Below, piece by piece: positions 51,475 to 61,121 of a stretch of DNA of 64,000 nt; position 1 is the stretch's first letter, and each line of letters opens with the position of its first letter. The notes beneath the pieces are model-generated. The model searched no databases. It saw only the letters and a program-made list of their open reading frames with translations, and was not told the origin of the DNA. Source of the stretch: Chloroflexota bacterium (GTDB lineage: Bacteria > Chloroflexota > Anaerolineae > UBA4142); assembly GCA_016219275.1 (NCBI GenBank), contig JACRBM010000032.1, forward strand, positions 28,054-92,053, written 5' to 3'. The translations under genes were made by a program, and so were the position numbers.

Positions 51475-53166
51475 TTACTTTTTGATCGTCGCCTCTTCCA
51501 GCACAATGCCGGATTGGAAGCTGAGAAAACCAGGGAGTGGGGTGAAACCGTCGAGCGATTTCTTTGCCGCGTAACTTTGATCGCGCCACATCAAGAACAC
51601 GAGCGGCGAGGCGTCGAGCACACGTTGTTCGAGTTCGGTGTAGATGGCTTTCCGTTGCGCCGGGTCAATCGTCTCGCGACCCTTCTTCAGCAATTCGTCC
51701 ACCTTGGGATCGCTCCAGCCGGGCGCGTTGTTCAAGCGGATGTCGCCGGACTCGTAGTAATCGCTGAGGTAATCGGGATCGGCAATGTCACCTGCGGTGC
51801 CGACGACGAGCAGATCGTACTCGCCTTTCAAATTCTTTTGCAGACGTGTCGCCCAGTCCGGCAAATCGAGTTCGAGGTCAATGCCAATTTTTGCGAGTTC
51901 GGCTTTGGTAGCGACCGCGGTATTTTGGTGGAAATCGTACTGCGAGGTCGCGAGCAATTTGGCTTTGAACCCGTTTGGATAACCGGCATCGGTGAGCAAT
52001 TTCTTGGCTTGCGCGGGATCGTACTTGAAGTAATTGTCGAATTTGGCGTCGTACGCAATTGAGCTGGTCGGAACCGCCATGCCAAAGATCGGCACGCCTT
52101 GTCCGGAGAACGCGGTGTTGATGATCGCCGCGCGATCAATCGCGTAAGCGACGGCTTGGCGCACGCGCGGATCCGAGAACGGCTTGAACGTGGTGTTGAA
52201 AATCAACCCCATGAATGGACCGGTGCCGCCCAGGATTTTGAGATTCGTGTCGGCTTTGATGGACGGCACACTTTGCCAGGGCACGTACTCGATGAGATCA
52301 ACATCGCCGCTACGCAGCGCGTTCACGCGTGTGTTGCCGTCGGCGTAAAATTGGAAAACGATGCGGTCGCTCTTGGGCATCTCCTTCTTGTAAAAGCCGG
52401 CAAACTTTTCGACGACGATGCGCTGACCCTTCAAGTATTCCTTGAACACGTACGGACCCGCGCCCATCGGATTTTCGCTCAACTTGCCCTGCTTGTCATC
52501 CGACCATTTCTTGGAGACGATGGACGATTCGGCGAGACTGAGGTAATCGAGCAAAGGCGCCATCGGATATTTCAATTTGATTTGAACCGTCTTGGCGTCA
52601 ACGGCGGTGACGCTTTGAATGACCGACATCGGTTTAGCGAAGGTCGCGCCGGTCTTGGGTTCGAGAATGCGTTCGAGCGAAAATTTTACATCGTCGGCGG
52701 TGACCGTATCGCCGTTGTGGAATTTCGCGTCGCGCAGTTTGAACGTGTAGGTCAGTTTGTCATCGGAGACGGTGTACGATTCAGCGAGTTCCGGCGCGGG
52801 CTTGCCGTTCTTGTCGTAGTTGTACAAGCCGCGATAGATCAAAAGACGCACCGCGCGCGCCGAAGTGCCGGCGTTGATGTGCGGATCGAGATTCGGCGGT
52901 TCGCCGGAAAGTCCGACGATGACCGGCGCCGTTGGCGCAGTCGTCGGTTTAGGCGCGTCCGTTGGTTTTGGCGCGGCGGTCGCGGCTGGCGCGGCAGTCG
53001 GCTTGGGCGCGTCGGTTGGTTTTGCCGCCGACACATCGGTTGGTTTCGCCGGAGCAGTGGTCGGCGCGGCAGTGGGTGCGGGTGCGGGCGCGCACGCGAC
53101 GATGACTGCCAACACTGCAACGAGTGCCAACAGCAATAATGATTTACGCGTCAATCGAGCGTTCAC
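51475..53166 (-). CDS. ABC transporter substrate-binding lipoprotein, family 5 (DppA/OppA-like)
   Basis: GTG 53166 after GAGGAGG. Lipobox VIVAC. Pro/Thr linker. SBP_bac_5-like body (EPPNLDPH, LAESY..SDD..YTFKLR..KFHNG). Confidence 0.85.
   Translation of the reverse strand: MNARLTRKSLLLLALVAVLAVIVACAPAPAPTAAPTTAPAKPTDVSAAKPTDAPKPTAAPAATAAPKPTDAPKPTTAPTAPVIVGLSGEPPNLDPHINAGTSARAVRLLIYRGLYNYDKNGKPAPELAESYTVSDDKLTYTFKLRDAKFHNGDTVTADDVKFSLERILEPKTGATFAKPMSVIQSVTAVDAKTVQIKLKYPMAPLLDYLSLAESSIVSKKWSDDKQGKLSENPMGAGPYVFKEYLKGQRIVVEKFAGFYKKEMPKSDRIVFQFYADGNTRVNALRSGDVDLIEYVPWQSVPSIKADTNLKILGGTGPFMGLIFNTTFKPFSDPRVRQAVAYAIDRAAIINTAFSGQGVPIFGMAVPTSSIAYDAKFDNYFKYDPAQAKKLLTDAGYPNGFKAKLLATSQYDFHQNTAVATKAELAKIGIDLELDLPDWATRLQKNLKGEYDLLVVGTAGDIADPDYLSDYYESGDIRLNNAPGWSDPKVDELLKKGRETIDPAQRKAIYTELEQRVLDASPLVFLMWRDQSYAAKKSLDGFTPLPGFLSFQSGIVLEEATIKK
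52924..53091 (-). repeat. coding Pro/Thr/Ala-rich linker with KPTDAPKPT repeats
   Basis: Residues 26-81 of the binding protein: APAPAPTAAPTTAPAKPTDVSAAKPTDAPKPTAAPAATAAPKPTDAPKPTTAPTAP. The repetition is also visible at DNA level. Confidence 0.75.
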
Positions 53167-53298
53167 TTTTCCTCCTCTTGAAAATCGGGCAGACAATCTG
53201 GGATTCGCGATGTGGTAAATGCGAGATTCGAGATAGAACCGACCTCCTTCCACGGATGGTGTAAGAAAATGCAACATAGAAACAAATTGACATGTCAA

Positions 53299-53325
53299 AA
53301 TGTAAATATTACAATTATTTACATT
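53299..53325. promoter_or_regulatory. 10-bp inverted repeat, candidate LacI-family operator
   Basis: AATGTAAATA (53299-53308), 7-nt spacer, TATTTACATT (53316-53325). It lies in the AT-rich divergent region between the binding-protein gene and the LacI-family gene. Confidence 0.4.
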
Positions 53326-53376
53326 TAATTTAGTGTAATTATATCACATTTAGGGATTCTGTCAATATCAAACCAC

Positions 53377-53404
53377 TTGACTTTAGTCGAAAAAAGTGGA
53401 TAAT
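53377..53404 (+). promoter_or_regulatory. sigma-70-like promoter candidate for the LacI-family gene
   Basis: TTGACT (53377-53382), 16-nt spacer, GATAAT (53399-53404), ~45 nt upstream of ATG 53452. Confidence 0.4.
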
Positions 53405-53451
53405 ATGTACGATTTACTTTTCTTACATTTTGTTTTCAGGGGGTGATTGCC

Positions 53452-54489
53452 ATGAGAAAACGTGCTACGCGTCCTACGCTCGCCGACGTTGCCAAGCACG
53501 CGCGGGTCTCGACCGCGACCGCGTCGCGCGTGATTCACAATACCGGTCCAGTCAGTCACGAACTGCGTAAACGAATCCAGGGTGCGGTCGCTTCGATCGG
53601 TTACGCGCCGCGCTCGACCACGATCCCGGTTTCCGAAGCGACGCTTGCCGTGCTCGCGGGCAATCTCGCCAACCCGTACTTTCCCGAAGTCATTGCCGGC
53701 ATCCAGGAAGAAGCCGCGAGTTATGGCATCGGCTTGATTCTGTTCAACCTCACCGACAGCCCACAGAATCAACAACAAATCTTGCATCGCCTCGAAAAGC
53801 GCGCGCTCAATGGCGTCATCGTGATGGGCGGGCAACCGTTTCCCGAATTGTTCACCTGGCGCGACCAAGCCAAGATTCCGCTCGTCCTCATCAATCATTT
53901 CGTGGACAAGCCCGACGTGTATTCGATTGGGATTGATATGGAAAATGCAATGTGCCGCGCGACCCAGTATCTCATCAGTCTGAATCACACGCGCATCGGG
54001 CACATTGCCGGACCGAGTAGTTGGGGGGAGATATCACAATCGCGCCGGCGGGGAATCGAACGCGCGATGGCGGAGGCGGGGTTGACGTTTCGACCGGAAT
54101 GGTGTTCGGTCGTTTCGCCTGGCTCGCAAGCCGATGGCGGTTTTCACGCGATGAACAACTTGCTGGGGTTGCCGAGCGCGGAACGACCGACCGCGGTGAT
54201 CGCGTTCAACGACATGGTCGCTTTTGGCGCGTTGCACGCAATTCACGCGAGTGGCTTGCGCGTACCGCAGGACATTTCGCTAATCGGCGTGGACGATATT
54301 TTCGTCGCCGCGCATTCCAAGCCGCCGCTCACGACGATTGACCAGCCCAAGTACCGGATCGGCAAACTCGCGGTGGAGATCGCGCACCAGGCATCCCAGG
54401 GACGCGAAGATTTACGCAATTGCACCTTGCTCGAAAGTCCGCTGATCATTCGCGAATCTGCCGCGCCGTACAATCCAAATGCGAATTGA
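53452..54489 (+). CDS. LacI-family transcriptional regulator
   Basis: ATG 53452 after AGGGGG. TLADVAKHARVSTATASRVIHN HTH. Periplasmic-binding-fold body (VIAFNDMVAFGAL, ISLIGVDD). Confidence 0.9.
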   Translation: MRKRATRPTLADVAKHARVSTATASRVIHNTGPVSHELRKRIQGAVASIGYAPRSTTIPVSEATLAVLAGNLANPYFPEVIAGIQEEAASYGIGLILFNLTDSPQNQQQILHRLEKRALNGVIVMGGQPFPELFTWRDQAKIPLVLINHFVDKPDVYSIGIDMENAMCRATQYLISLNHTRIGHIAGPSSWGEISQSRRRGIERAMAEAGLTFRPEWCSVVSPGSQADGGFHAMNNLLGLPSAERPTAVIAFNDMVAFGALHAIHASGLRVPQDISLIGVDDIFVAAHSKPPLTTIDQPKYRIGKLAVEIAHQASQGREDLRNCTLLESPLIIRESAAPYNPNAN

Positions 54490-54557
54490 CTCGATTCCAA
54501 TCGAGCTTGTAGCAGAATCCTTTCCCAGGATTCACTTGCTGAAAACTCTTTGAAAAA

Positions 54558-54605
54558 GATGCCGATGGAAAGTATTTTTCCCATCGGCATCAATTCATTT
54601 TATTG
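54558..54605 (+). terminator. intrinsic terminator after the LacI-family gene
   Basis: GATGCCGATGG (54558-54568) pairs with CCATCGGCATC (54581-54591), followed by AATTCATTTTATT. Confidence 0.6.
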
Positions 54606-55027
54606 AATCACTCCTGCCTTATCGCGTCCTGCATTCAGAACCACGTTGCAGTTCGTCATACTCACACCTGGGTCATTGATCACACGTCAGGGCTGACCTA
54701 CACTGTTCTTTTTCCACCCGAACGGCTTTTGTTTTTCTGCGCACACCCAGGTTCAAAAATCATCTGGAACGCGAATTGCATGCCACGTAAGTTGACCCAA
54801 TCGGTGAGCATACAGTGAGCAGCTGGTTGTGTCTTCCAAGATTCACCATTGAGAATGCCAGGAGCATTGTCAGTATCTGCGCAGGAATGTGGCGAGTGCG
54901 CGGTGCTGTGGTTTCCGCCGAGCGTTCGGCATTTGGGAAACCGCGCTGCGCGCTTTCCCCCGCAATGACAGAGCAGGCGAATTGTGGTATCATCAACATA
55001 GCAAGGCATACGGACGGGAGGCGCAGT

Positions 55028-56866
55028 ATGAACCCGACTAATCCGTCGCAGCCGTTCGCAGAGCACGACTTTTCAGAACAAGCGCGCCATTTGCGCGATG
55101 CGCGACTCGCGGCGCTGCAACACGTCGCGCTAGGGCTTACGTCGACGCTCAAACTCAGCGACGTGTTGCAGCGCGTTGCCCGGATGGCGCAATCGTTGAC
55201 TGACTCTGCCCACGCCCACATTTATCTGTACGATTCCCAGGCGGACGAACTTCACTTGAGCGCGAGTCACTGGGCAAACGAACAGACCCCGATTCTCCTC
55301 AAGCCCCGTCGAACCGGGATCACCTATACCGTTGTCCAATGCGGCACGCCCATGTTCATCGAAGATTCACGGAATCACCCGGCATACGAGGACGTCCCAC
55401 TCGATCAACGTCCCGGGGCGCTGGCTTGTCTGCCACTGGTTAAAGGCGAACACATCCTCGGATCGCTCAACATCGGCTATTGGCAAACGCATCCCTTTGA
55501 TAGTGATACACGCCGTTTCCTTGACCTGATGGCGCGCTATGCCGCCATCGCGATTGAGAATGCGCAACTGTACGAATCTGCCACGCGCGCAGCAACCGAA
55601 TTGCGGCGGCTGTACGATACGAGTCTAGACATTGCGAGCCAGTTGGACACCCCCAAGCTTTTAGATCTCATCCTTCATCGCGCCGCGGAATTGTTGCATG
55701 GCACTTCAGGCAATTTCTACATCTACAACGCGCAGACGAATGCGCTGGTCCCGTGTGCGCCATTCGGTCAGCCTGAGGTGGAACCAGTCCAGGGTTTGAA
55801 ACCGGGTGAGGGAGCGACCGGGCGGGTATTTCAGAGTGGTGAGCCGCTCGTGATTCAAGACTATGATTCCTGGGAAGGTCGGGTCGCCCACATTCCGTTA
55901 GGTCGCTACGGGCGCGTGCTCCACGTGCCGGTCAAGCAGGGCGAACATATCATCGGTGTGATGTCGGTCAATCGTCCCAAGACCGCCCCCGCGTTTACCG
56001 ACGCCGAGACGCGTTTGTTGTTGCTCTTTGCCAACCAAGCCGCCGTCGCGCTCGAGAATGCGCGACTCTATCAGGTCGCCGTGGAAAAGGCGCGCATGGA
56101 GCAAGAGTTGGCAGTGGCGCATCGCGTACAAGTCAGTCTGATGCCCCACGATATCCCGCAGGTCGCCGGTTGGGAATTCCAAGCGCGCTGGTACCCCGCG
56201 CGCGAAGTGAGCGGCGACTTTTTCGATTTTGTGAATCTGCGTTTGCCTGAACCGGCCGGGGCATCGCCGTTTCAACGTTTCTTGATTGCCGATGTTTCGG
56301 ACAAAGGCGTGCCCGCGGCGCTCTTTATGGCGCTGACGCGAAGCACTCTGCGCGCAAGCATCACGGATGATCGGTCGCCAGCGGAATGTCTCACGCATGC
56401 CAACCGCTTGGTGAGTGTGGACACGGCGAATGGAATGTTTGTTACGCTCTGCTATGCCCAACTTAATCCTGTGACGGGGGAGCTGGTGTATGTCAATGCG
56501 GGGCACAACTTACCGTTGTGGTATCACTGTCAAGAAGATCGCTTGATCGAATTCGTCCGCACGGGTCCGGCGCTTGGTGTGTTTGACGAGCGGATCTTTG
56601 CTCAGGAAAGCGTGTGGCTTGACCCAGGTGATTTTGTCTTGTTCTACACCGATGGAGTGACCGACGCGTTGAATCCCGCCGAAGAAGACTTTGGTGAGAC
56701 ACGTTTGCATCAAGTCCTCGTCGAACAGCGTTACGGCTCTGCCGGCGAGATTGTTGCGGCGCTGGAACAATCCCTCTGGGCGTTCGTCGGCGACACACCG
56801 CCCGAGGACGACATCACCTTTGTGCTCGTTAAACGGCTCGGAGCGAACGTTCGCGGAGCGCATTGA
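55028..56866 (+). CDS. GAF-GAF-PP2C (SpoIIE-type) serine phosphatase
   Basis: ATG 55028 after GGGAGG. Two GAF-like segments. The C-terminal PPM/SpoIIE pattern is SGDFFDF...ADVSDKGVPAALFM...NAGH...TDGVTDA...DDITFVLV. Confidence 0.8.
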   Translation: MNPTNPSQPFAEHDFSEQARHLRDARLAALQHVALGLTSTLKLSDVLQRVARMAQSLTDSAHAHIYLYDSQADELHLSASHWANEQTPILLKPRRTGITYTVVQCGTPMFIEDSRNHPAYEDVPLDQRPGALACLPLVKGEHILGSLNIGYWQTHPFDSDTRRFLDLMARYAAIAIENAQLYESATRAATELRRLYDTSLDIASQLDTPKLLDLILHRAAELLHGTSGNFYIYNAQTNALVPCAPFGQPEVEPVQGLKPGEGATGRVFQSGEPLVIQDYDSWEGRVAHIPLGRYGRVLHVPVKQGEHIIGVMSVNRPKTAPAFTDAETRLLLLFANQAAVALENARLYQVAVEKARMEQELAVAHRVQVSLMPHDIPQVAGWEFQARWYPAREVSGDFFDFVNLRLPEPAGASPFQRFLIADVSDKGVPAALFMALTRSTLRASITDDRSPAECLTHANRLVSVDTANGMFVTLCYAQLNPVTGELVYVNAGHNLPLWYHCQEDRLIEFVRTGPALGVFDERIFAQESVWLDPGDFVLFYTDGVTDALNPAEEDFGETRLHQVLVEQRYGSAGEIVAALEQSLWAFVGDTPPEDDITFVLVKRLGANVRGAH

Positions 56867-56902
56867 CTCGAGGCAACCATTCCGTTGCGCGCGTATTACG
56901 AT

Positions 56903-57859
56903 TTACGCCGCACGCGAACCCGGCACCGCAACCGAGTGAATCAACTCGTCCACGACCCCGCGCGAGTCAACATTCTTCAAACGCGCCGCGGGGCTGACGA
57001 TGAGGCGATGCGCGAGCGCGGGTTCGACCAGCGCCTTGATGTCGTCGGGCGTGATGAAATCGCGACCCTGGATTGCCGCGCGCGCTTGCGCGGTCTTGTA
57101 GAGCGCAAGCGAACCGCGCGGACTCGCGCCGAGATAAATGTCCGGATGCTTGCGCGTCGCTTCGACGAGCGCGAGGATGTACTCTTTGACAAGCGCATCC
57201 ACGTACACGTCTTTGACCGCGCGTTGCGCCGTGAGCAACTCATCCGCGCTCGCGACCTGCGCGGTTTCTTCGATGGGATGCGCGACGCGTTGCGCGTCGA
57301 GCATCGCCAATTCGTGTTTGCTGTCGGGATAGCCGAGCCGGATGCGGAGCATAAAGCGATCTAATTGCGCTTCGGGCAGGGGGAAGGTGCCTTCGTACTC
57401 GATGGGGTTTTGCGTTGCCATCACAAAAAACGGTTGCGGCATCGCGTACGTCATGCCGTCCACCGTCACTTGATGCTCTTCCATACATTCGAGCAACGCG
57501 CTCTGGGTTTTCGGCGTCGCGCGATTGATCTCGTCGGTGAGGACGATCTGCGCGTGGACGGGACCCGGACGAAATTCAAACTCGCGCGTTTTTTGATTGA
57601 ACACACTAACACCGGTCACGTCGGTCGGCAACATATCCGGCGTGAACTGGAGCCGCTTGAACGAACAGCCGAGTGATTTCGCGATCGCGCGGGCGAGCAT
57701 CGTCTTGCCGACGCCCGGCACGTCTTCGATGAGTATGTGCCCGGAGCACAACAGCGCGACCATCGCGAGTTCCACTTCGGCGTGCTTGCCGAGAATGACG
57801 CGCTCGACATTCGCGGAGACTTTTTCAGAGAGCGATTGAATGGGTTGAATGTTTGACAT
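56903..57859 (-). CDS. MoxR-family AAA+ ATPase
   Basis: [13 protein letters not shown] (Walker A), LTDEINRA (Walker B), and collinear MoxR motifs ([22 protein letters not shown]). Start at MSNIQP. The coordinate comes from the ORF frame and may be off by one base. Confidence 0.85.
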   Translation of the reverse strand: MSNIQPIQSLSEKVSANVERVILGKHAEVELAMVALLCSGHILIEDVPGVGKTMLARAIAKSLGCSFKRLQFTPDMLPTDVTGVSVFNQKTREFEFRPGPVHAQIVLTDEINRATPKTQSALLECMEEHQVTVDGMTYAMPQPFFVMATQNPIEYEGTFPLPEAQLDRFMLRIRLGYPDSKHELAMLDAQRVAHPIEETAQVASADELLTAQRAVKDVYVDALVKEYILALVEATRKHPDIYLGASPRGSLALYKTAQARAAIQGRDFITPDDIKALVEPALAHRLIVSPAARLKNVDSRGVVDELIHSVAVPGSRAA

Positions 57860-57904
57860 GGCTAGATTATACTCACAATCGCGCAAAACGAAAAGAGTTT
57901 GGTC

Positions 57905-57943
57905 AACCTTGCGAAGGTTCACGCTTCGCGCCGGCGCAAGGTT
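57905..57943. repeat. inverted repeat sharing the CTTGCGAAGGTT core with 43391-43444
   Basis: AACCTTGCG (57905-57913) pairs with CGCAAGGTT (57935-57943). CTTGCGAAGGTT at 57908-57919 is identical to 43391-43402. Confidence 0.65.
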
Positions 57944-58006
57944 GTCCTGAGTTGTCGCCGTGATTGACGTGTGACTCGGCTGAGGTATACTTGAAGCGGG
58001 GGCAAG

Positions 58007-59221
58007 ATGGAACTAGGACAAATGGCGTGGGATGACTGGCAGAACCGCGTGGGACAACTACTTGCGTCGAACCGCGTCACGAGCGACGGGCGCCGCTACA
58101 CGCGTCCCGCGCCGACGACGTACGAACAGCAATGGCTGTGGGATTCGTGCTTTCACGCGATTGCGTATCGCTGGATTGATCCGGCGATGGCGCGCGATGA
58201 ATTGCTCGCGGTCGTCGCGCATCAAGTTGAAACGGGCGACGACGCCGGGATGATCCCGCACATGACGTACTGGCGCGGCGGCGGCGAAGTTTTGTGGGGC
58301 AATGCCGAGCGGAGTGTGATTACGCAACCGCCGCTCGTTGGCGTCGCGGCGCGCGCGCTGTACGAGACGACCCAGGATCGCGACTTGCTCGTGACGCTTT
58401 ACCCGCGCCTCGTCGCGTACCACGCGTGGTTTGATCGTCGCCGCGACCCGGACGGCGATGGCTTGGTCGCGTTGCTTCATCCCTGGGAATCGGGCTGGGA
58501 CGCGTCGCCGCGTTGGGACGCGGCGATGGGCATTGCCGGAAAATTTTCGCACGAGGTTGGACGCCAGGCGCGCATCGCGCTCGCGGCGCGTGTCCTCGAG
58601 TTCGGCGGCGACGCGCGTGAAATGGCGCGCGCCGGTCTTTTTCACATCGAGGTGATGGATTTCAACGCGATTCGCGCGGCAGACCTCGAAGCGCTCGCGT
58701 TCATCGCGCGCGAGTTGGATAAATCGGCGGAGGCGACGCGCTGGCAAACGCAAGCCGAAACGATTCAAGCCGCGATCCGCGCGAAAATGCTCGCGCCGTA
58801 TCCGCACGATTTACAGGGAACGAATGAAACGCCGATTTGGGTGGAGAGCGCGTCGGAATTCGTCGCGTTGTTTGGTGGATGCGTTACACAAGACGACGCG
58901 CGGCAGCTTGTCGCGCGTTTGCAGTTGCCAAAATTCTGGATGCCGTTCCCAGTTACGACCACGCCACTCGACGCAGAAGGTTTTTCGCCCGAAGGGTATT
59001 GGCGCGGCAATGTGTGGTTGTCGGTGAATTGGTTGATCTATGCTGGGTTGCGCCGTTATGGTTTTGTGGATGCGGCGCGTCAATTAGCCGAGAAGAGTTT
59101 GCAGTTGGTGGATGCCGCGGGTTTCTGGGAATACTATCATCCATTGACCGGGCAAGGTCTCGGCGCGCATCCGCAAAGTTGGTCGGCGATTGTGCTCGAC
59201 ATGTTGGCGCGCGAACGATGA
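58007..59221 (+). CDS. (alpha/alpha)6-barrel glycoside hydrolase, GH63/MGH1-like
   Basis: [34 protein letters not shown] and [16 protein letters not shown] are signatures I associate with GH63-like mannosyl/glucosylglycerate hydrolases. The family call is from memory. Confidence 0.6.
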   Translation: MELGQMAWDDWQNRVGQLLASNRVTSDGRRYTRPAPTTYEQQWLWDSCFHAIAYRWIDPAMARDELLAVVAHQVETGDDAGMIPHMTYWRGGGEVLWGNAERSVITQPPLVGVAARALYETTQDRDLLVTLYPRLVAYHAWFDRRRDPDGDGLVALLHPWESGWDASPRWDAAMGIAGKFSHEVGRQARIALAARVLEFGGDAREMARAGLFHIEVMDFNAIRAADLEALAFIARELDKSAEATRWQTQAETIQAAIRAKMLAPYPHDLQGTNETPIWVESASEFVALFGGCVTQDDARQLVARLQLPKFWMPFPVTTTPLDAEGFSPEGYWRGNVWLSVNWLIYAGLRRYGFVDAARQLAEKSLQLVDAAGFWEYYHPLTGQGLGAHPQSWSAIVLDMLARER

Positions 59222-59389
59222 ACGATTTTTGGAGACGGTAGCAGTGTACCGAAGAAATTAATGAATTAACCGCCGACGCGGAGAGCGCAGAGGGCGCAGA
59301 GAGAAATTTTCCAAGACGATTTTTGCGCGAATCGGCGCGAAGATTGTATAATGCTCGCGAGAATCCCAAGTTGATGATGGAGAAAACAC

Positions 59390-60175
59390 ATGCCCAAGTT
59401 TGCCGCTAATCTTACGATGTTGTACACCGACAGTCCCTTTCTGGAACGCTTTGAGCGCGCGAAAGCGTCCGGCTTTCACTTTATCGAGTACCTGTTTCCG
59501 TACGAGCACGACCTTGCCGCGCTCACGCGCGCGCTCGAAAAGAACGCGCTGACCCAGGTGCTGTTCAACTTGCCGGCGGGTAACTGGGGCGCGGGCGAGC
59601 GCGGCATCGCCGCGTTGCCCGATCGCATCGCCGAATTTCAGCAAAGCGTCGCGCGCGCGCTGGAAGTGGCGCGCGTGTTGAAGGTCAAGCAACTCAACTG
59701 TCTCGTCGGCAAGCGCGACGAGAAAATTCCGCGCGAGGATCAAACGCGCGTGATGATCGAGAATCTGCGTTACGCCGCGCACGCCCTCGGTGAGCAGGGC
59801 ATCCTGCTCGTCATCGAAATGCTCAACCCGTTCGACGTGCCGAACTTTATGCTCGCAAGTCCGCGCGCGGCGTTCGAGGCGCAGGATGCGGTCGCATCGC
59901 CGAACCTCAAGATTCAGTACGACGTGTATCACGCGCAACGCGCCGAAGGCGAACTTGCCAACACGTTCCAGAAAAATCTCGCGCGTATCGCGCACGTCCA
60001 GATTGCGGACAACCCAGGTCGCCATCAACCCGGCACTGGCGAAATCAACTATCGTTACTTGTTCAATTTCATGGATCAGGTCGGCTACACCGGCTACGTC
60101 GGTCTCGAGTACATTCCCGACGGGACGACCGAGCAATCGTTGAATTGGGTGAACGAGTACGGCTATTCGTTGTAA
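59390..60175 (+). CDS. hyi: hydroxypyruvate isomerase family (Hyi/OtnI-like TIM barrel)
   Basis: MPKFAANLTMLYTDSPFLERFERAKASGFHFIEYLFPYEH parallels E. coli Hyi (MLRFSANLSMLF...FLARFEKAA..GF..VEF.FPY, from memory). Confidence 0.8.
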   Translation: MPKFAANLTMLYTDSPFLERFERAKASGFHFIEYLFPYEHDLAALTRALEKNALTQVLFNLPAGNWGAGERGIAALPDRIAEFQQSVARALEVARVLKVKQLNCLVGKRDEKIPREDQTRVMIENLRYAAHALGEQGILLVIEMLNPFDVPNFMLASPRAAFEAQDAVASPNLKIQYDVYHAQRAEGELANTFQKNLARIAHVQIADNPGRHQPGTGEINYRYLFNFMDQVGYTGYVGLEYIPDGTTEQSLNWVNEYGYSL

Positions 60176-60212
60176 GTCGCCTGTCAAAATTCTTGATTCA
60201 CAAGGAGCAATC

Positions 60213-61100
60213 ATGGAACACATCGGATTTATCGGGCTGGGCATTATGGGCAAACCGATGTCCCAGCATTTGTTGAACGCGGGTTATCCGTTGACCGTAC
60301 TCGATGTGGTCAAGCCGGCGATGGATGAACTGTCCGCGCTGGGCGCGAAGACTGCCGCGTCGCCAAAACTGGTCGCGGAGCAAAGCGACATCGTCATCAC
60401 GATGTTGCCCGATTCGCCCCAGGTCGAGCAAGTGGTGTTTGGCAACGATGGCGTGCTCGACGGTATGCGCCCGGGAAGTTTGCTGGTTGACATGAGCACG
60501 ATCATGCCGTCGGTCGCGCGCAAAGTGACGGACGCGGTGCGCGCCAAGGGCGCGGACGCGCTCGACGCGCCGGTGTCCGGCGGCGAGGTCGGCGCGAAGA
60601 ACGCGACGCTCACGATCATGGTCGGCGGCGCGCCCGCCGCGTTCGAGCGTGCGAAACCGCTTTTCGAAAAGATGGGCAAGAACATTACGCTTGTCGGCGA
60701 GGCAGGCGCGGGACAGGTAACCAAAGCCGCGAACCAAATCATCGTCGGCGTGACGATTGCGGCGGTGAGCGAAGCGTTGCTCCTCGCGGCAAAAGCGGGT
60801 GTGGACCCAGCCAAGGTGCGTGAAGCATTGATGGGCGGATTTGCCTCGTCGCGCATCCTTGAATTGCACGGCAATCGCATGATTCAACGCACATTCCAAC
60901 CTGGGTTCAAGATCAATTTGCATCGCAAAGATATGAACATCATCTTGAACACCGCGCGCGAGTTGGGCGTGACTCTGCCGATGTCCGCGAACGTCGCCGA
61001 ACTGATGAACGGCTTGATCGCGAATGGCGGCGGCGAGTTGGATCACTCGGCGTTGGTGACAATTCTGGAAAAGCTCGCGAACTTTGAGATTGGCAAGTAG
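60213..61100 (+). CDS. garR: 2-hydroxy-3-oxopropionate (tartronate semialdehyde) reductase-like dehydrogenase
   Basis: IGFIGLGIMGKPMSQHLL Rossmann motif. Collinear beta-hydroxyacid dehydrogenase pattern (MLPDSPQVE, DAPVSGGE.GA, KDMNI). Confidence 0.8.
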   Translation: MEHIGFIGLGIMGKPMSQHLLNAGYPLTVLDVVKPAMDELSALGAKTAASPKLVAEQSDIVITMLPDSPQVEQVVFGNDGVLDGMRPGSLLVDMSTIMPSVARKVTDAVRAKGADALDAPVSGGEVGAKNATLTIMVGGAPAAFERAKPLFEKMGKNITLVGEAGAGQVTKAANQIIVGVTIAAVSEALLLAAKAGVDPAKVREALMGGFASSRILELHGNRMIQRTFQPGFKINLHRKDMNIILNTARELGVTLPMSANVAELMNGLIANGGGELDHSALVTILEKLANFEIGK

Positions 61101-61121
61101 TTTGGCGGAAGGGAGATCACC

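Noticed and set aside
53383-54003. 206-aa minus-strand ORF
   Set aside because: It is antisense to the LacI-family regulator, whose HTH and effector domains are unambiguous.
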